A stretch of DNA of 59,495 nt, from IMG/VR virus record IMGVR_UViG_3300042898_004908, positions 1-59,495 of that record; one strand, written 5' to 3'. Under the pieces are notes generated by a model that saw nothing but the letters and a program-made list of their open reading frames with translations, made no database searches and had not been told where the DNA came from. Below are positions 35,398 through 45,846 of this stretch, piece after piece. This DNA comes from a virus. Lineage: Duplodnaviria > Caudoviricetes. Numbering within the stretch: position 1 is the stretch's first letter; every line of letters starts with the position of its first letter. A program made the position numbers and the translations under genes.

Positions 35398-36855
35398 ATG
35401 ACCAATACTGTTTTAGTCAAACGCTCATCAGTTGCAAACTCAGTCCCCATTGCAGGGGACTTGAGTTATGGTGAGCTGGCTCTCAACTACAACGACGGTA
35501 ATCTTTTTTACAAAAATAGCAGTAATGTAGTTACAGTAATTGCCAGCAACCAATTTGTGTCAGTTTCTGGTAACATCACCGGTGGTAACATTCTAACCTC
35601 TGGCATAATTTCTGCAAATGGAACAATAATTGGTGGCAGTCTACAAACTCTAGGCAATGTTCTTGCACTGGGCAATGTGTTGGCTTCGGGTAATATGGTA
35701 GCTGGCAACATATTCATCACAGGAGCAACTAGTGCCGTTGGCAATATCACAGGCGGAAATTTATTAACCAATGGACTGATCAGTGCCACTGGCACAGTCA
35801 ACGCTGGCAATATCACTGGCGCAAACATAATGTCCATGGGACTTATCTCAGCATTGGGCAACATCTCAGCATCGGGCAACATCTCCATTGCTGGCACAGC
35901 GGATGTTGTTGGCAATATCACAGGCGGAAATTTATTAACCATTGGATTGATCAGTGCTACTGGCACAATCAATGCTGGCAATATGGTGGCTTCGAGCAAT
36001 ATGGTGACAGGCAACATCTCTATTGCCAGCACAGCAATTGCCCTGGGCAATATCACAGGCGGAAATTTATTAACCAATGGACTGATCAGTGCCACTGGCA
36101 CAGCGGATGTTGTTGGCAATATCACAGGCGGAAATTTATTAACCATTGGATTGATATCAGCATCAGGCAACATCCAAGCTAATAGTGCGTTATTCACCAA
36201 CGGATTGTATGTCACTGGCAATACTTCTCTAAATGGAATATTGGCAGTAACTGGTGATAATGCTAATGAAACTGTGGCCAGAATCAAAGGTGGCGCAACT
36301 GGAGATCAATTCACAGTCTACAGCGGTGCTGCTGGTAATGGAGTCACCTCAGGATCTCAAAATTCTAATTTTACTGGATTTGCGCCATATGGTATTCTGG
36401 CCTCTAAATTCTATATTAATATTCTTGATGGCAACAATACCAGTGTGTTGGCCAATGCATTGGCCATTGACACAACAGGGAATGTATCAACTGCTGGTGA
36501 ATTTTCATCAACAGGTAATATCACAGCTGGCACAAGCTCGTACTTCATAGGCAATGGCAGTCAACTTACCGGACTCAGTGTAAGTTCGGATAAAATTTTC
36601 AATGGCACCAGCAATGTCTTGGTCAACTCTGCTGACGGTCCAGTCACAATCTCAGCTGATAGTGTTGCTAATACTGCGGTGTTCAGCTCAGGTACATTGA
36701 CATTGGCCAGCGCCTGGGCAACACCAAAAGTTATTAGCAAAAATGCAACAGTTTCGGCAAATGTAAATGCTATGATATTAGGACCAGTGACTATTGGACC
36801 ATTATCAACTATTACAGTGCCAGACTCATCTACTCTGTATGTATACGCACCTTGA
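35398..36855 (+). CDS. Tail-fibre-like protein with an N-terminus paralogous to 32351
   Basis: GELALNYNDGNLFYKN; four near-identical GNITGGNLLT(N/I)GLISA DNA repeats. Confidence 0.75.
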   Translation: MTNTVLVKRSSVANSVPIAGDLSYGELALNYNDGNLFYKNSSNVVTVIASNQFVSVSGNITGGNILTSGIISANGTIIGGSLQTLGNVLALGNVLASGNMVAGNIFITGATSAVGNITGGNLLTNGLISATGTVNAGNITGANIMSMGLISALGNISASGNISIAGTADVVGNITGGNLLTIGLISATGTINAGNMVASSNMVTGNISIASTAIALGNITGGNLLTNGLISATGTADVVGNITGGNLLTIGLISASGNIQANSALFTNGLYVTGNTSLNGILAVTGDNANETVARIKGGATGDQFTVYSGAAGNGVTSGSQNSNFTGFAPYGILASKFYINILDGNNTSVLANALAIDTTGNVSTAGEFSSTGNITAGTSSYFIGNGSQLTGLSVSSDKIFNGTSNVLVNSADGPVTISADSVANTAVFSSGTLTLASAWATPKVISKNATVSANVNAMILGPVTIGPLSTITVPDSSTLYVYAP

Positions 36856-36891
36856 CAAACTAAATATATTGAGTAAAAAGGATAATTTGAA

Positions 36892-39800
36892 ATGGCACTA
36901 ATATTAGACGGCACCACAGGTATTTCAACAACTGGTAACATTGTAGGTAACAATATTATTGGTAGTTTGGTACTAACTTCATTTAGTGTAACTGGTAACA
37001 TCAGCGGCGCCAATTTAACAGTAACAAATAACGCAGTGATCGACGGTGATCTCACGGTGCTTGGTAATGCAAGTCTGTCAGGCAACATTTTGGGCGATCG
37101 TATTGTCAACGGAACAACAGAAGTTGCCATTCAAACCACCAGTGGCAATGCCAATATCACAGTGGCCGGCACAAGCAATGTAGCAGTGTTTACCACAACA
37201 GGAGTCAACATAACTGGTATTGTTTCGGCCAGTGGAAACATCACTGGAGGCAATGTTGCTGGCGCAACAGGCACATTTACAACTGTAGCAGGCACACTAT
37301 CCACAGCCGCACAAACCAACATCACAAGTGTAGGTACTTTGACATCATTAAATGTCACTGGCAATGTTGCAGGTGGAAACCTGTCAGGTACCAGCATTGC
37401 AGGCACACTATCCACAGCCGCACAAACCAACATCACATCAGTTGGTACACTGACATCGTTGAATGTCACTGGCAATATTGGTGGTGGCAACCTAAATGGT
37501 ACAAGTATTGCAGGTACATTAATCACCGCAAGTCAACCAAACATCACAGCAGTTGGTACACTAGGTAGTTTGGCAGTAACAGCCAATGTTTCAGGTGGTA
37601 ATTTGTTAACAGGTGGATTAGTATCTGCTACAGGCAACATCACAGGTGGCAATGTTGCAGGAGCAACTGGTGCATTTACCAATGTTGGCGGTACCTTGAC
37701 CACAGCCGCACAAACCAACATCACATCAGTGGGTACACTGGGTAGTTTGGCAGTTACTGCCAATGTCACTGGCGGAAACATCTTAACAGGTGGATTGATA
37801 TCTGCTACAGGCAATATCACAGGTGGTAACTTGTCAGGTACCAACATTGTGGGCACATTGACCACAGCAAGTCAAACAAATATTACAAGTGTAGGTACTT
37901 TGGGATCATTGAATGTAACTGGCAATATTGGTGGTGGCAACCTGTTAGGTACTAGCATTGTGGGTACATTGACCACAGCCGCACAAACCAACATCACAAG
38001 TGTGGGAACACTTACAAGTTTGTCAGCAACTGGTAACATCATATCTAGTGCTAATATCATTGCCATGACTGGGAACATAGTCACAGACAATATTAAAAAT
38101 CAGGGCGGTACAGGAATTTATCTGGCTCCCGGACCTGCAGGATACATTAATTTTTATACTACCACCGGCGATAGAGTTAGTATCACTGATGCCGGTAGTA
38201 TAAGTGCAGTAGGCAATGTGGTTGGTGGCAATCTTACCACAGCTGGCAACATCACTGGGTCTTACTTGTTTGGTAATGGCAGTCAGTTGTCTGGTATTGA
38301 CGCCACAAGTATTCAAAATGGCAACTCAAATGTCAGAGTTGTCAGTGCCAGTGGCAATGTAGCCATTGGCGTAAGCGGCACACCAAATGTGGCTGTGTTT
38401 AGCGACACTGGAGAATATGTAACTGGTGTTGTAAGTGCAAGTGGCAATATTATCAGTGGTAATTTGGTCACAGGAGGCCTTGTAGCCGCAACTGGTGCAA
38501 TAACTGGAGCAAGTTTTAGCAGTGCAGGCAATGTCACTGGTGGCAATATATCAGTTGGTAGTGGACAGATTGTAACAACTGGTAATGTCACAGGTGGTAA
38601 TGTTTTAACCAATACCATAGCTGGCACAGCAACCACAATCAAGTCAGCAGGTGATATCAACCTGTCAACCACTGGCAACATTGTACTGAGCACACAAACT
38701 TACATTAACAATTTGGCCACACCGGTACTACCCAATGATGCCGCAACCAGACAGTATGTTGACGATGTTGCTCAAGGTCTACATACACACGATAGCTGTA
38801 ACGCAGCCACACAGACTACATTGGCAAGTATATCAGGCGGTACTGTCACATACAACAACGGCACAAGCGGTGTTGGTGCAACATTGACCACAACCGGCAC
38901 ATACACAACCATTGATGGTGTTACATTGTCAAATGGCATGCGTATTCTTGTCAAGAACGAAGCGACTGACGCAAATAACGGTATATATGACGTTACAAGT
39001 AGTACAGTATTAACACGTTCAGCAGACTTTAATACTCCAGTTGAAATGGCAGGCGGTGACTTTACATTCGTTACTGCAGGAACATTATATGACAACACTG
39101 GTTGGGTAATGCCTGATGCAGTAACTACAGTGGGAACAAGTCCTGTTGTCTGGGTACAGTTTTCGGGTGCAGGCACATATACTGCTGGAACAGGGTTGAC
39201 ATTAAATGGCTCACAGTTTAATATCTCTAACACCGCAGTCACAGCTGCCAGCTACGGTAGCTCAACTGCTATCCCAACATTCACAGTGAATCAACAAGGT
39301 CAATTGACAGCCGCAAGCACTGCTGTTGTGGTTGCACCTGCTGATACATTGAGTGGTACTACATTGAATGCAACTGTGGTCACATCAAGTTTGACCACAG
39401 TTGGAACTTTAACTTCACTGGCAGTGACTGGCAATATCTCAGGTGGCAACCTGTCAGGTACCAGCATTGTGGGCACACTGACCACAGCAAGTCAACCAAA
39501 TATCACAGCCGTAGGTACTTTGGGCAGCCTGGCTGTCACTGGCAACATCTCTGGTGGCAATATAATTGCTATCCTTAACGGGTCAGGCGCCAATGTAACA
39601 TCAATCAGTGCCAATAATATATCGTCAGGTACTTTGGATCAGTCAAGATTGGCCAATGCTAGTTTAACTGTTAACGGCACTACAATTGCGCTAGGTGGAT
39701 CAGGCACAGTAACAGCCACAGCAACTAATGCATTGACCTTGGGTACATACTTAACTGGCACAAGTTATAACGGCAGTACCGGAGTAACAACCGCAGTTGA

Positions 39801-40479
39801 TGCTACATCAGCCAACACAGCTGACAAAGTGGTTGCTCGTGATGGATCAGGCAACTTTAGTGCAGGAACAATCACAGCCACATTAAGTGGAGCCGCAACC
39901 ACAGCCGGCACAGTGACCACTGGAACACAAGGTAACATTACCAGTGTTGGTACTCTAACTTCATTGGCAGTCAGCGGTGCAATTACTGTTAACTCAACCA
40001 ACGGAGCCACTGCAATTGTTAATGGTGGAACCAATGGCGGCGGCAATATTGGTGCTTCAGGGGCAACCTTTGACACCATATTTGCCAAAGCAACCACAGC
40101 ACAATACGCTGACTTGGCTGAAGCATACGAATCAGATGCACATTATGAACCAGGTACTGTGATGATATTTGGTGGTGACAAAGAAGTTACAGTGTCATCC
40201 ACGGCCAATGACAGCAGAGTGGCTGGTGTTATCACTACAAATCCTGCTCATGTGATGAATGCTGGACTAGCCGCAGAACACACTGCTGTGGTAGCATTGA
40301 CAGGAAGAGTACCAACTGCTGTTATTGGACAAGTCTGGAAAGGTGCCATGATGGTTGCCGCAGGCAACGGTCGAGCACAAGCATGCGCCACTCCAACCAT
40401 CGGCACAGTGATTGGCAAAGCACTAGAGTCGTTTGATGGCGGCGAAGGTGTTATTGAAGTTGTGGTAGGTAGACTATAA
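36892..40479 (+). CDS. Tail-fibre protein with a C-terminal intramolecular chaperone/autocleavage (peptidase G2-like) domain
   Basis: TAAQTNITSVGTL repeats; AQYADLAEAYESD..YEPGTV..GG...VAGVI.TNP....VALTGRVP...IGKAL. Confidence 0.8.
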   Translation: MALILDGTTGISTTGNIVGNNIIGSLVLTSFSVTGNISGANLTVTNNAVIDGDLTVLGNASLSGNILGDRIVNGTTEVAIQTTSGNANITVAGTSNVAVFTTTGVNITGIVSASGNITGGNVAGATGTFTTVAGTLSTAAQTNITSVGTLTSLNVTGNVAGGNLSGTSIAGTLSTAAQTNITSVGTLTSLNVTGNIGGGNLNGTSIAGTLITASQPNITAVGTLGSLAVTANVSGGNLLTGGLVSATGNITGGNVAGATGAFTNVGGTLTTAAQTNITSVGTLGSLAVTANVTGGNILTGGLISATGNITGGNLSGTNIVGTLTTASQTNITSVGTLGSLNVTGNIGGGNLLGTSIVGTLTTAAQTNITSVGTLTSLSATGNIISSANIIAMTGNIVTDNIKNQGGTGIYLAPGPAGYINFYTTTGDRVSITDAGSISAVGNVVGGNLTTAGNITGSYLFGNGSQLSGIDATSIQNGNSNVRVVSASGNVAIGVSGTPNVAVFSDTGEYVTGVVSASGNIISGNLVTGGLVAATGAITGASFSSAGNVTGGNISVGSGQIVTTGNVTGGNVLTNTIAGTATTIKSAGDINLSTTGNIVLSTQTYINNLATPVLPNDAATRQYVDDVAQGLHTHDSCNAATQTTLASISGGTVTYNNGTSGVGATLTTTGTYTTIDGVTLSNGMRILVKNEATDANNGIYDVTSSTVLTRSADFNTPVEMAGGDFTFVTAGTLYDNTGWVMPDAVTTVGTSPVVWVQFSGAGTYTAGTGLTLNGSQFNISNTAVTAASYGSSTAIPTFTVNQQGQLTAASTAVVVAPADTLSGTTLNATVVTSSLTTVGTLTSLAVTGNISGGNLSGTSIVGTLTTASQPNITAVGTLGSLAVTGNISGGNIIAILNGSGANVTSISANNISSGTLDQSRLANASLTVNGTTIALGGSGTVTATATNALTLGTYLTGTSYNGSTGVTTAVDATSANTADKVVARDGSGNFSAGTITATLSGAATTAGTVTTGTQGNITSVGTLTSLAVSGAITVNSTNGATAIVNGGTNGGGNIGASGATFDTIFAKATTAQYADLAEAYESDAHYEPGTVMIFGGDKEVTVSSTANDSRVAGVITTNPAHVMNAGLAAEHTAVVALTGRVPTAVIGQVWKGAMMVAAGNGRAQACATPTIGTVIGKALESFDGGEGVIEVVVGRL

Positions 40480-40953
40480 ATTCACAAGCTCGCTGCGTTC
40501 GACCGCAGCCAGCTTGGTTTGAACAGCTTCAATATTCAATGTAGACCACAGTCCAGGATGCATGGGTTTGGGCCAAACTCCATGATTGATCCACGCCCAT
40601 CCTAGATGCTCATGATTTAGTACAGGCACAAATTCTGATTCTACTATACAAACCCAAGTGTGATACTCAAACACTCCGTCGGCACTGGTAAATTTTTCCA
40701 AAGGCATCATGCGCAAGTAAGCAGGAAAACTGCCCAACTCTTCAATGCATTCTCGTTCCATTCCACCCAGCAAAGTTTCACCAGCTTCAACCTTGCCGCC
40801 AGGCAGTCCCCATGTGTCAGGATGTTTGTGATCGTTTCTTATGAGATAAAGATAGCGTCCAGTTTGTCGGCACAAAAACCAAACGCCTACAGCTTTTACA
40901 GTACCAGGCTCCAGGTCCCGCCGGGGTAGACCCCTTGATAGCTTTTTATCCAT
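40474..40953 (-). CDS. Nudix hydrolase (start codon uncertain)
   Basis: Nudix box GGKVEAGETLLGGMERECIEELG; LNHEH. Confidence 0.88.
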   Translation of the reverse strand: MDKKLSRGLPRRDLEPGTVKAVGVWFLCRQTGRYLYLIRNDHKHPDTWGLPGGKVEAGETLLGGMERECIEELGSFPAYLRMMPLEKFTSADGVFEYHTWVCIVESEFVPVLNHEHLGWAWINHGVWPKPMHPGLWSTLNIEAVQTKLAAVERSELVNL

Positions 40954-42299
40954 TCTGCACCATTGTATTCATATTGTATACCTGTAATTATGTTGGTAAC
41001 ATACTGCAAGTCAGTTTCTCCGGCAGCAACAAAAACAACTCTCCAACGGCCAGGGTTCACATATTCAATAATGTCATTTGCTTCAGCTATCAACGGTTGT
41101 CCAGAAACACTTTCCCATGCCACAGGATTTTCTGTGTTGCCAACGATACCAGTAGATTCAGTCAACAAATATCTAGTACCGATCACAGGTGCGGGTAATC
41201 CGGTGCCTGGACCACTCAGTTGTGGATTGATAATGGCAGTGATTGGTGGCAGAGTGTTCTGAGGAGCAGTGTCAGAGTCCACAGTGTAGATTACCAATCG
41301 GCTATCGTTGGGATTGAGTACAAAGGTTCCAACAATTTCTGTGCCGTTGGGTTGTGCCAATCTAATTTGACTGATACCTGGACGAAAAGTTCCATACAAA
41401 TCTATAATAGCCGGCCACAACAGTGGACTGTCAGACACAAGACTAGTGGGAGTTAAATCTTCATTGGATCCATTTGGCACAATTGTTGGAGCATACAACA
41501 CCTGTATCTGGTTGTCAATGACAACAATTTTGTAGTTGTAAGGAGTAAATTCTTGTCTTGTGCCCAGTAGCAAATCGCTGTCAAGGATGGCATTGGCAGC
41601 ATCGCCTTTGGCATCAAACATATTGGCAATAATGCTCTCAACCACACCCAATTTCTTGATCTTGGCTGGACTACTGATCCAAATTGGCATGGAAAACTTC
41701 AGTGTGGCAATGTCAATGGGATCTTCACTGCCTACGGGAATAGTTCTACTAGACCAGGCCACGCTGTCCAAGTACATCACACTCAAACTGGTCCAATCAA
41801 TGTAATTGTCAGTGCTTTGAATCTCCAAGCTGGGATTGAACAATGTCAGTATCTGTTCTAGCAATTGTAATTTTTGATTGGTATTGCTGGTCCAAATATC
41901 TAAGTTAATGCTGAGTTTGTATGGCACAGGCATCAGGCGTTCGATGGTGAACGCATTGCCTTGTGTGGTTTCAAAAGTTTCAGAATCTTGATTGTAAGTT
42001 CTTTGACGAACAGAAAAATTGTTCACAAAGTAAGGTTCTTGTAGTCGTTCTCTGGCATAGTCCAATGAGCTGATATAAAAAGTCATCAACGGTGTGCTGG
42101 GCAAACTGTTTCTTGAGTTTTCTTGAATCACAGTCTGCGCATTGCGACTGGCATCACCATACCGCACGGGCACACGCAACAGAGTGGCATTGTTTACGCC
42201 ATCATTTTCGTTGCCGTACTCAATCTGGAATCCAGAAAATATTCTGGTAAATTGCAGTAGGAATCTGCGTATTTGAGCATCATAGAAAAATTGTTGCAT
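40896..42299 (-). CDS. gp15: gp15-like tail completion/sheath stabiliser with a C-terminal extension
   Basis: FFYD.QIRR...F..IF, VPVRYG, MPVPY, QLLEQIL..FNP. Confidence 0.75.
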   Translation of the reverse strand: MQQFFYDAQIRRFLLQFTRIFSGFQIEYGNENDGVNNATLLRVPVRYGDASRNAQTVIQENSRNSLPSTPLMTFYISSLDYARERLQEPYFVNNFSVRQRTYNQDSETFETTQGNAFTIERLMPVPYKLSINLDIWTSNTNQKLQLLEQILTLFNPSLEIQSTDNYIDWTSLSVMYLDSVAWSSRTIPVGSEDPIDIATLKFSMPIWISSPAKIKKLGVVESIIANMFDAKGDAANAILDSDLLLGTRQEFTPYNYKIVVIDNQIQVLYAPTIVPNGSNEDLTPTSLVSDSPLLWPAIIDLYGTFRPGISQIRLAQPNGTEIVGTFVLNPNDSRLVIYTVDSDTAPQNTLPPITAIINPQLSGPGTGLPAPVIGTRYLLTESTGIVGNTENPVAWESVSGQPLIAEANDIIEYVNPGRWRVVFVAAGETDLQYVTNIITGIQYEYNGAEWIKSYQGVYPGGTWSLVL

Positions 42300-42307
42300 A
42301 TGGATCT

Positions 42308-43663
42308 TTAAAATATAATCGGAGGTGGATTTGGAGGCAGATCACCACCTTGATCGCCGTTGTCTGCCCGGGGCTTGAGAGCCTGGCTAAGACTCTGCCG
42401 TTGTGGTATTGCGCCCATGTCCGTGGTGTTGGTAGTGTAAGTGTTGTTGACAAAGCCACTGCGTAGTGTCTGATTGACAGGCCCGTTGTTGAGATCTGTT
42501 CGCACCTTGTCTTCGATCCTGACCCAAAGTCTACCATTGTAACGGAACAACCGATTGGGTTTGTAGTCCAGTCTCAATGCATAGTCACCAACCACAGGAT
42601 TGGCTGGAAATGCCACACCGGGAGTAACAGGAAATCCGTTGGGAGCAAGTCCGTCACCAGTCAAGTAACCCATGGTATAGCCATCAGCTCGTGGAGTAAC
42701 ATTCATGCCACCTTGAGTACCGTCAACTGTGGTATCGCTTGTGTCTGTCAAACTTGTGGGGTTAGCAGGCAACCCATCTTCGGTAGTGGGCAAAATATAA
42801 AACTTGGTAACATCGTAGCCCGACAGTGGTACTTCAATATCGGCTTGAGTCAAGATGTCATCATTGATCTGTTGATCTTTTGGTCTTGTACTTTGTAGAT
42901 CACTGATGGTTGGCGGTGTGTACACTTGCCAGTAGTTGGTATCAGTGATAGGGGTACCATCGGGCACATTTTGAATAGCTCGATAATACACATTGCCTTG
43001 ATTAACAATCAATCCCATTGGATAAAAATTACCTGGATCCCATATATTCTCTTCAACAAACGGTTTGTCGAGGATGTCTTTGAATTCTTGCTGATTGTTC
43101 AGTGGTGTGGCCTTGACTCTCCACAGGTGTGGTTGCCAAGTGACTGAAAAACCTTCGCTGGCAAAACTAGCATCTTGAATTACATAATATTTAGGCAAAG
43201 CAAGAGGCAGGCTTGCATTTAGTGGATTGTAATCTTTCAAGTTTGGAACTTCAATCACATCACCATTCATGAGCTTGCGCCCAAAAGTATCAATCATGTC
43301 ATTGTAATGGAAGGTGATAAACAAGGTATCGGTGTTCAAAAACAATCCAAATTGGGTCAAATCAAAATCCACATCTTGCACACGGTAAACACCACGCATG
43401 ATATAAATGTCCGGATCGTAGATACGATCTCTGTTTTCCAGCAACAGCAAATCTTGGATGTTCAATGTATCCACTGTTTCATAAACAGGTTGTGTAGCGT
43501 CAGCATTGCCACTTAAGGCAGAGTCTGCACCCCCTGCTTGTGGACCCATGTACTTGTGAACATAGATATCTAGTCCACCAACGGTGTACATCTCCGAAAT
43601 GGTTCTGTCCAAAAATTGGTAATCTCTTGTGCGATTTGGGCGGTATAAACTTAGGCGTGGCAT
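42308..43663 (-). CDS. gp14: gp14-like neck/head-completion protein
   Basis: GG.DIYVHKY, DLTQFGL, GDVIE.P; directly upstream of gp15. Confidence 0.65.
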   Translation of the reverse strand: MPRLSLYRPNRTRDYQFLDRTISEMYTVGGLDIYVHKYMGPQAGGADSALSGNADATQPVYETVDTLNIQDLLLLENRDRIYDPDIYIMRGVYRVQDVDFDLTQFGLFLNTDTLFITFHYNDMIDTFGRKLMNGDVIEVPNLKDYNPLNASLPLALPKYYVIQDASFASEGFSVTWQPHLWRVKATPLNNQQEFKDILDKPFVEENIWDPGNFYPMGLIVNQGNVYYRAIQNVPDGTPITDTNYWQVYTPPTISDLQSTRPKDQQINDDILTQADIEVPLSGYDVTKFYILPTTEDGLPANPTSLTDTSDTTVDGTQGGMNVTPRADGYTMGYLTGDGLAPNGFPVTPGVAFPANPVVGDYALRLDYKPNRLFRYNGRLWVRIEDKVRTDLNNGPVNQTLRSGFVNNTYTTNTTDMGAIPQRQSLSQALKPRADNGDQGGDLPPNPPPIIF

Positions 43664-43684
43664 AGTGTACTATTTATGGGCTGG

Positions 43685-43713
43685 TTGACCAATTATTCAA
43701 ACCCTGCTATAAT
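43685..43713 (+). promoter_or_regulatory. Sigma70-type early promoter
   Basis: TTGACC-17-TATAAT with extended TG. Confidence 0.75.
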
Positions 43714-43734
43714 TACACATAATTTGGAGCAACA

Positions 43735-44877
43735 ATGAAAACTGCAATCAAACCGCCGAAACCTCTAAACCCTCGTAGTGCAGACACCAATGCAATGGGC
43801 ATGGAGCCAACTTGGAAAACACAGCCTGACACCAATCGCATTAGTGCGTTGAGTCATGCTTTCTCCTGGTACAATTACTTTTACGGCAAAAAAGATGCCC
43901 GCGAGATGATTGTGGCTTATTTGGAAGCATATGATCGCAAAGCAGATGTGCGCACACTCCGACGCATACCGGACAGCTCAATACGCCTGACCACCGGCTG
44001 GTTGTGTCGTATGAGCATGGTAGGACTTGAACTTACGGATCAAGAGCAGATCAAATTGGATAACTTGCTCAAAGAAATTCTGGATTCCAAACAGGATGAA
44101 GTAGCAGAAGTTGAAACAGTGGTTGATGACGCCCCGGCCAGGCTTACGATTCAAGATCGACTGCGTGAAAAGGTATCAGAGTGTGCAGGTGAAATTGACG
44201 GACTGTTTGATGAATTTATCACAACCGGTGCCAAACTCAATGCAGACTATAAACCTGTGAGTTTGATGCGTAGCATGAACATCGCTCCACAAATGGTATC
44301 TGAAATCAAGGATATTTGGACTCGTAAATTAGCAGAGTTTGAAGAAGTAGTAGTTGGTAAAGATGCACAACTGGTTCAAGGATATGAGTATCTTACAAAA
44401 ATACAACTTAAAAATTGTGTTAAATTTTGTGAGTTGGTTGTGAGTGATTGTGGTGCATATGTGCAAATCAAAAAAGTGGAACGCAAACCACGCAAAGCCA
44501 AACCAGTTAGCCCAGAGAAAAAGGTAGCCAAGTTCAAGATTCAAGCAGAATTTGCCGAGCTCAAACTCAAATCGTTGCCTGCCACTGCTCTAGTAGACAA
44601 ATCAGAAGCATGGTTGTATGATACCAAAAAACGCAAGTTGATTCACATTGTGGCAGATGAGTACACCAAGGCATTCACAGTCAAAAACAATTCTATAATA
44701 GGATTCTCAACTGTGGAAACTGTGCAAAAGACTGTGCGCAAACCTGCAGAGATTACCAAAGCAATTGGTGCCGCAGGCAAGCCGGCTGCCAGAAAAATAT
44801 TCAAGGATCTGACCACAACCGAGACAGCATGGAATGCTCGAGGCACTGAGAATTTGGTAATCTTGCGTAGTTGGTAA
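43735..44877 (+). CDS. Hypothetical basic helical protein (early)
   Basis: GGAG RBS and sigma70 promoter; AFSWYNYFY; Lys-rich C-terminus. Confidence 0.75.
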   Translation: MKTAIKPPKPLNPRSADTNAMGMEPTWKTQPDTNRISALSHAFSWYNYFYGKKDAREMIVAYLEAYDRKADVRTLRRIPDSSIRLTTGWLCRMSMVGLELTDQEQIKLDNLLKEILDSKQDEVAEVETVVDDAPARLTIQDRLREKVSECAGEIDGLFDEFITTGAKLNADYKPVSLMRSMNIAPQMVSEIKDIWTRKLAEFEEVVVGKDAQLVQGYEYLTKIQLKNCVKFCELVVSDCGAYVQIKKVERKPRKAKPVSPEKKVAKFKIQAEFAELKLKSLPATALVDKSEAWLYDTKKRKLIHIVADEYTKAFTVKNNSIIGFSTVETVQKTVRKPAEITKAIGAAGKPAARKIFKDLTTTETAWNARGTENLVILRSW

Positions 44878-44913
44878 TTGCAAGCCAGGACTTTGTTTGG
44901 GATAATTATATGC

Positions 44914-45834
44914 ATGAAACTCCATTTTCCAAACAAAGTCGAATTCTACATTACCAATGTATGCAACTACACCTGCGACAACTGTAATAGATTTAACAAT
45001 CACAAATTTACAGGAGGGCAACGCTGGAGCGATTACGAAGCTACCTATCGCAAGTGGGCCGAACTGATATCACTGCAGGCCATTGTGGTCATGGGCGGAG
45101 AGCCCACACTTAACCCCACAGTAAACGAATGGGTGGTCAATCTCAATCAGATTTTTGATTGTGATGTACAAGTGCTCACCAATGCCACACGATTGGCCCA
45201 AACACCCGGGCTATACGAAAGCATGCTGGTTGAATCACCAGTGCGTCGAGCCCGTAATCACATAGGCATTAGTTTGCATAACATGGATGACTTTGAGCCA
45301 TTACGGGCCAATGTCCGTGCGTTCCTGAAGGGAACAATTCGTGAATTTGGCACTCATCTAGGACTTGCCGCACCAGCTAATGTACCTGAATACAATGCAT
45401 TCTACAGTGCTGTAGACGAAAACGGTGTCATGGTAAACATGTGGGTCAGCAACAACTTCAGCACTGCCGCTGTGCAAATGAATGCCGATGGTCGGTTTGT
45501 TTTGCACAATTCTGATCCTGCTAAATCGCATGCCGAATGTGGGTTTGTAAGGTATAAGAGCTATCACTTTATTCGTGGCAACATCTATAAATGTGGGCCA
45601 GCGGCTCTGCTGCCTGAGTTCGACGATCAACATCATTTTGCCATATCTGAAGAAGATAGAAAAATTGTACACAGTTATCAGCCACTCACTGTAGACAACT
45701 TTGAAACTTACAAAGATGAATGGGTTGAAAGTCTAAGTAATCCAATTGCACAATGCAAATTTTGCCCCGAAAACCCCCGTGCCGCTATCATTACACCTAC
45801 ACGCAAAGGTTCTGCTTTCAAAATAAATACATGA
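44914..45834 (+). CDS. Radical SAM protein
   Basis: CNYTCDNC, MGGEPTL, LTNA, YKCG, C-terminal CKFCP; probable start MKLHFP. Confidence 0.85.
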   Translation: MKLHFPNKVEFYITNVCNYTCDNCNRFNNHKFTGGQRWSDYEATYRKWAELISLQAIVVMGGEPTLNPTVNEWVVNLNQIFDCDVQVLTNATRLAQTPGLYESMLVESPVRRARNHIGISLHNMDDFEPLRANVRAFLKGTIREFGTHLGLAAPANVPEYNAFYSAVDENGVMVNMWVSNNFSTAAVQMNADGRFVLHNSDPAKSHAECGFVRYKSYHFIRGNIYKCGPAALLPEFDDQHHFAISEEDRKIVHSYQPLTVDNFETYKDEWVESLSNPIAQCKFCPENPRAAIITPTRKGSAFKINT

Positions 45835-45846
45835 TCGGAGAATCGC

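Noticed and set aside
25355-40097. Many minus-strand ORFs with PPVILPVA repeats
   Set aside because: Antisense shadows of the GNITGGN fibre repeats
32351-40479. CRISPR array or DGR template/variable repeat pair
   Set aside because: Repeats are in-frame coding units without unique spacers; differences are mostly synonymous rather than adenine-specific; no RT or cas genes
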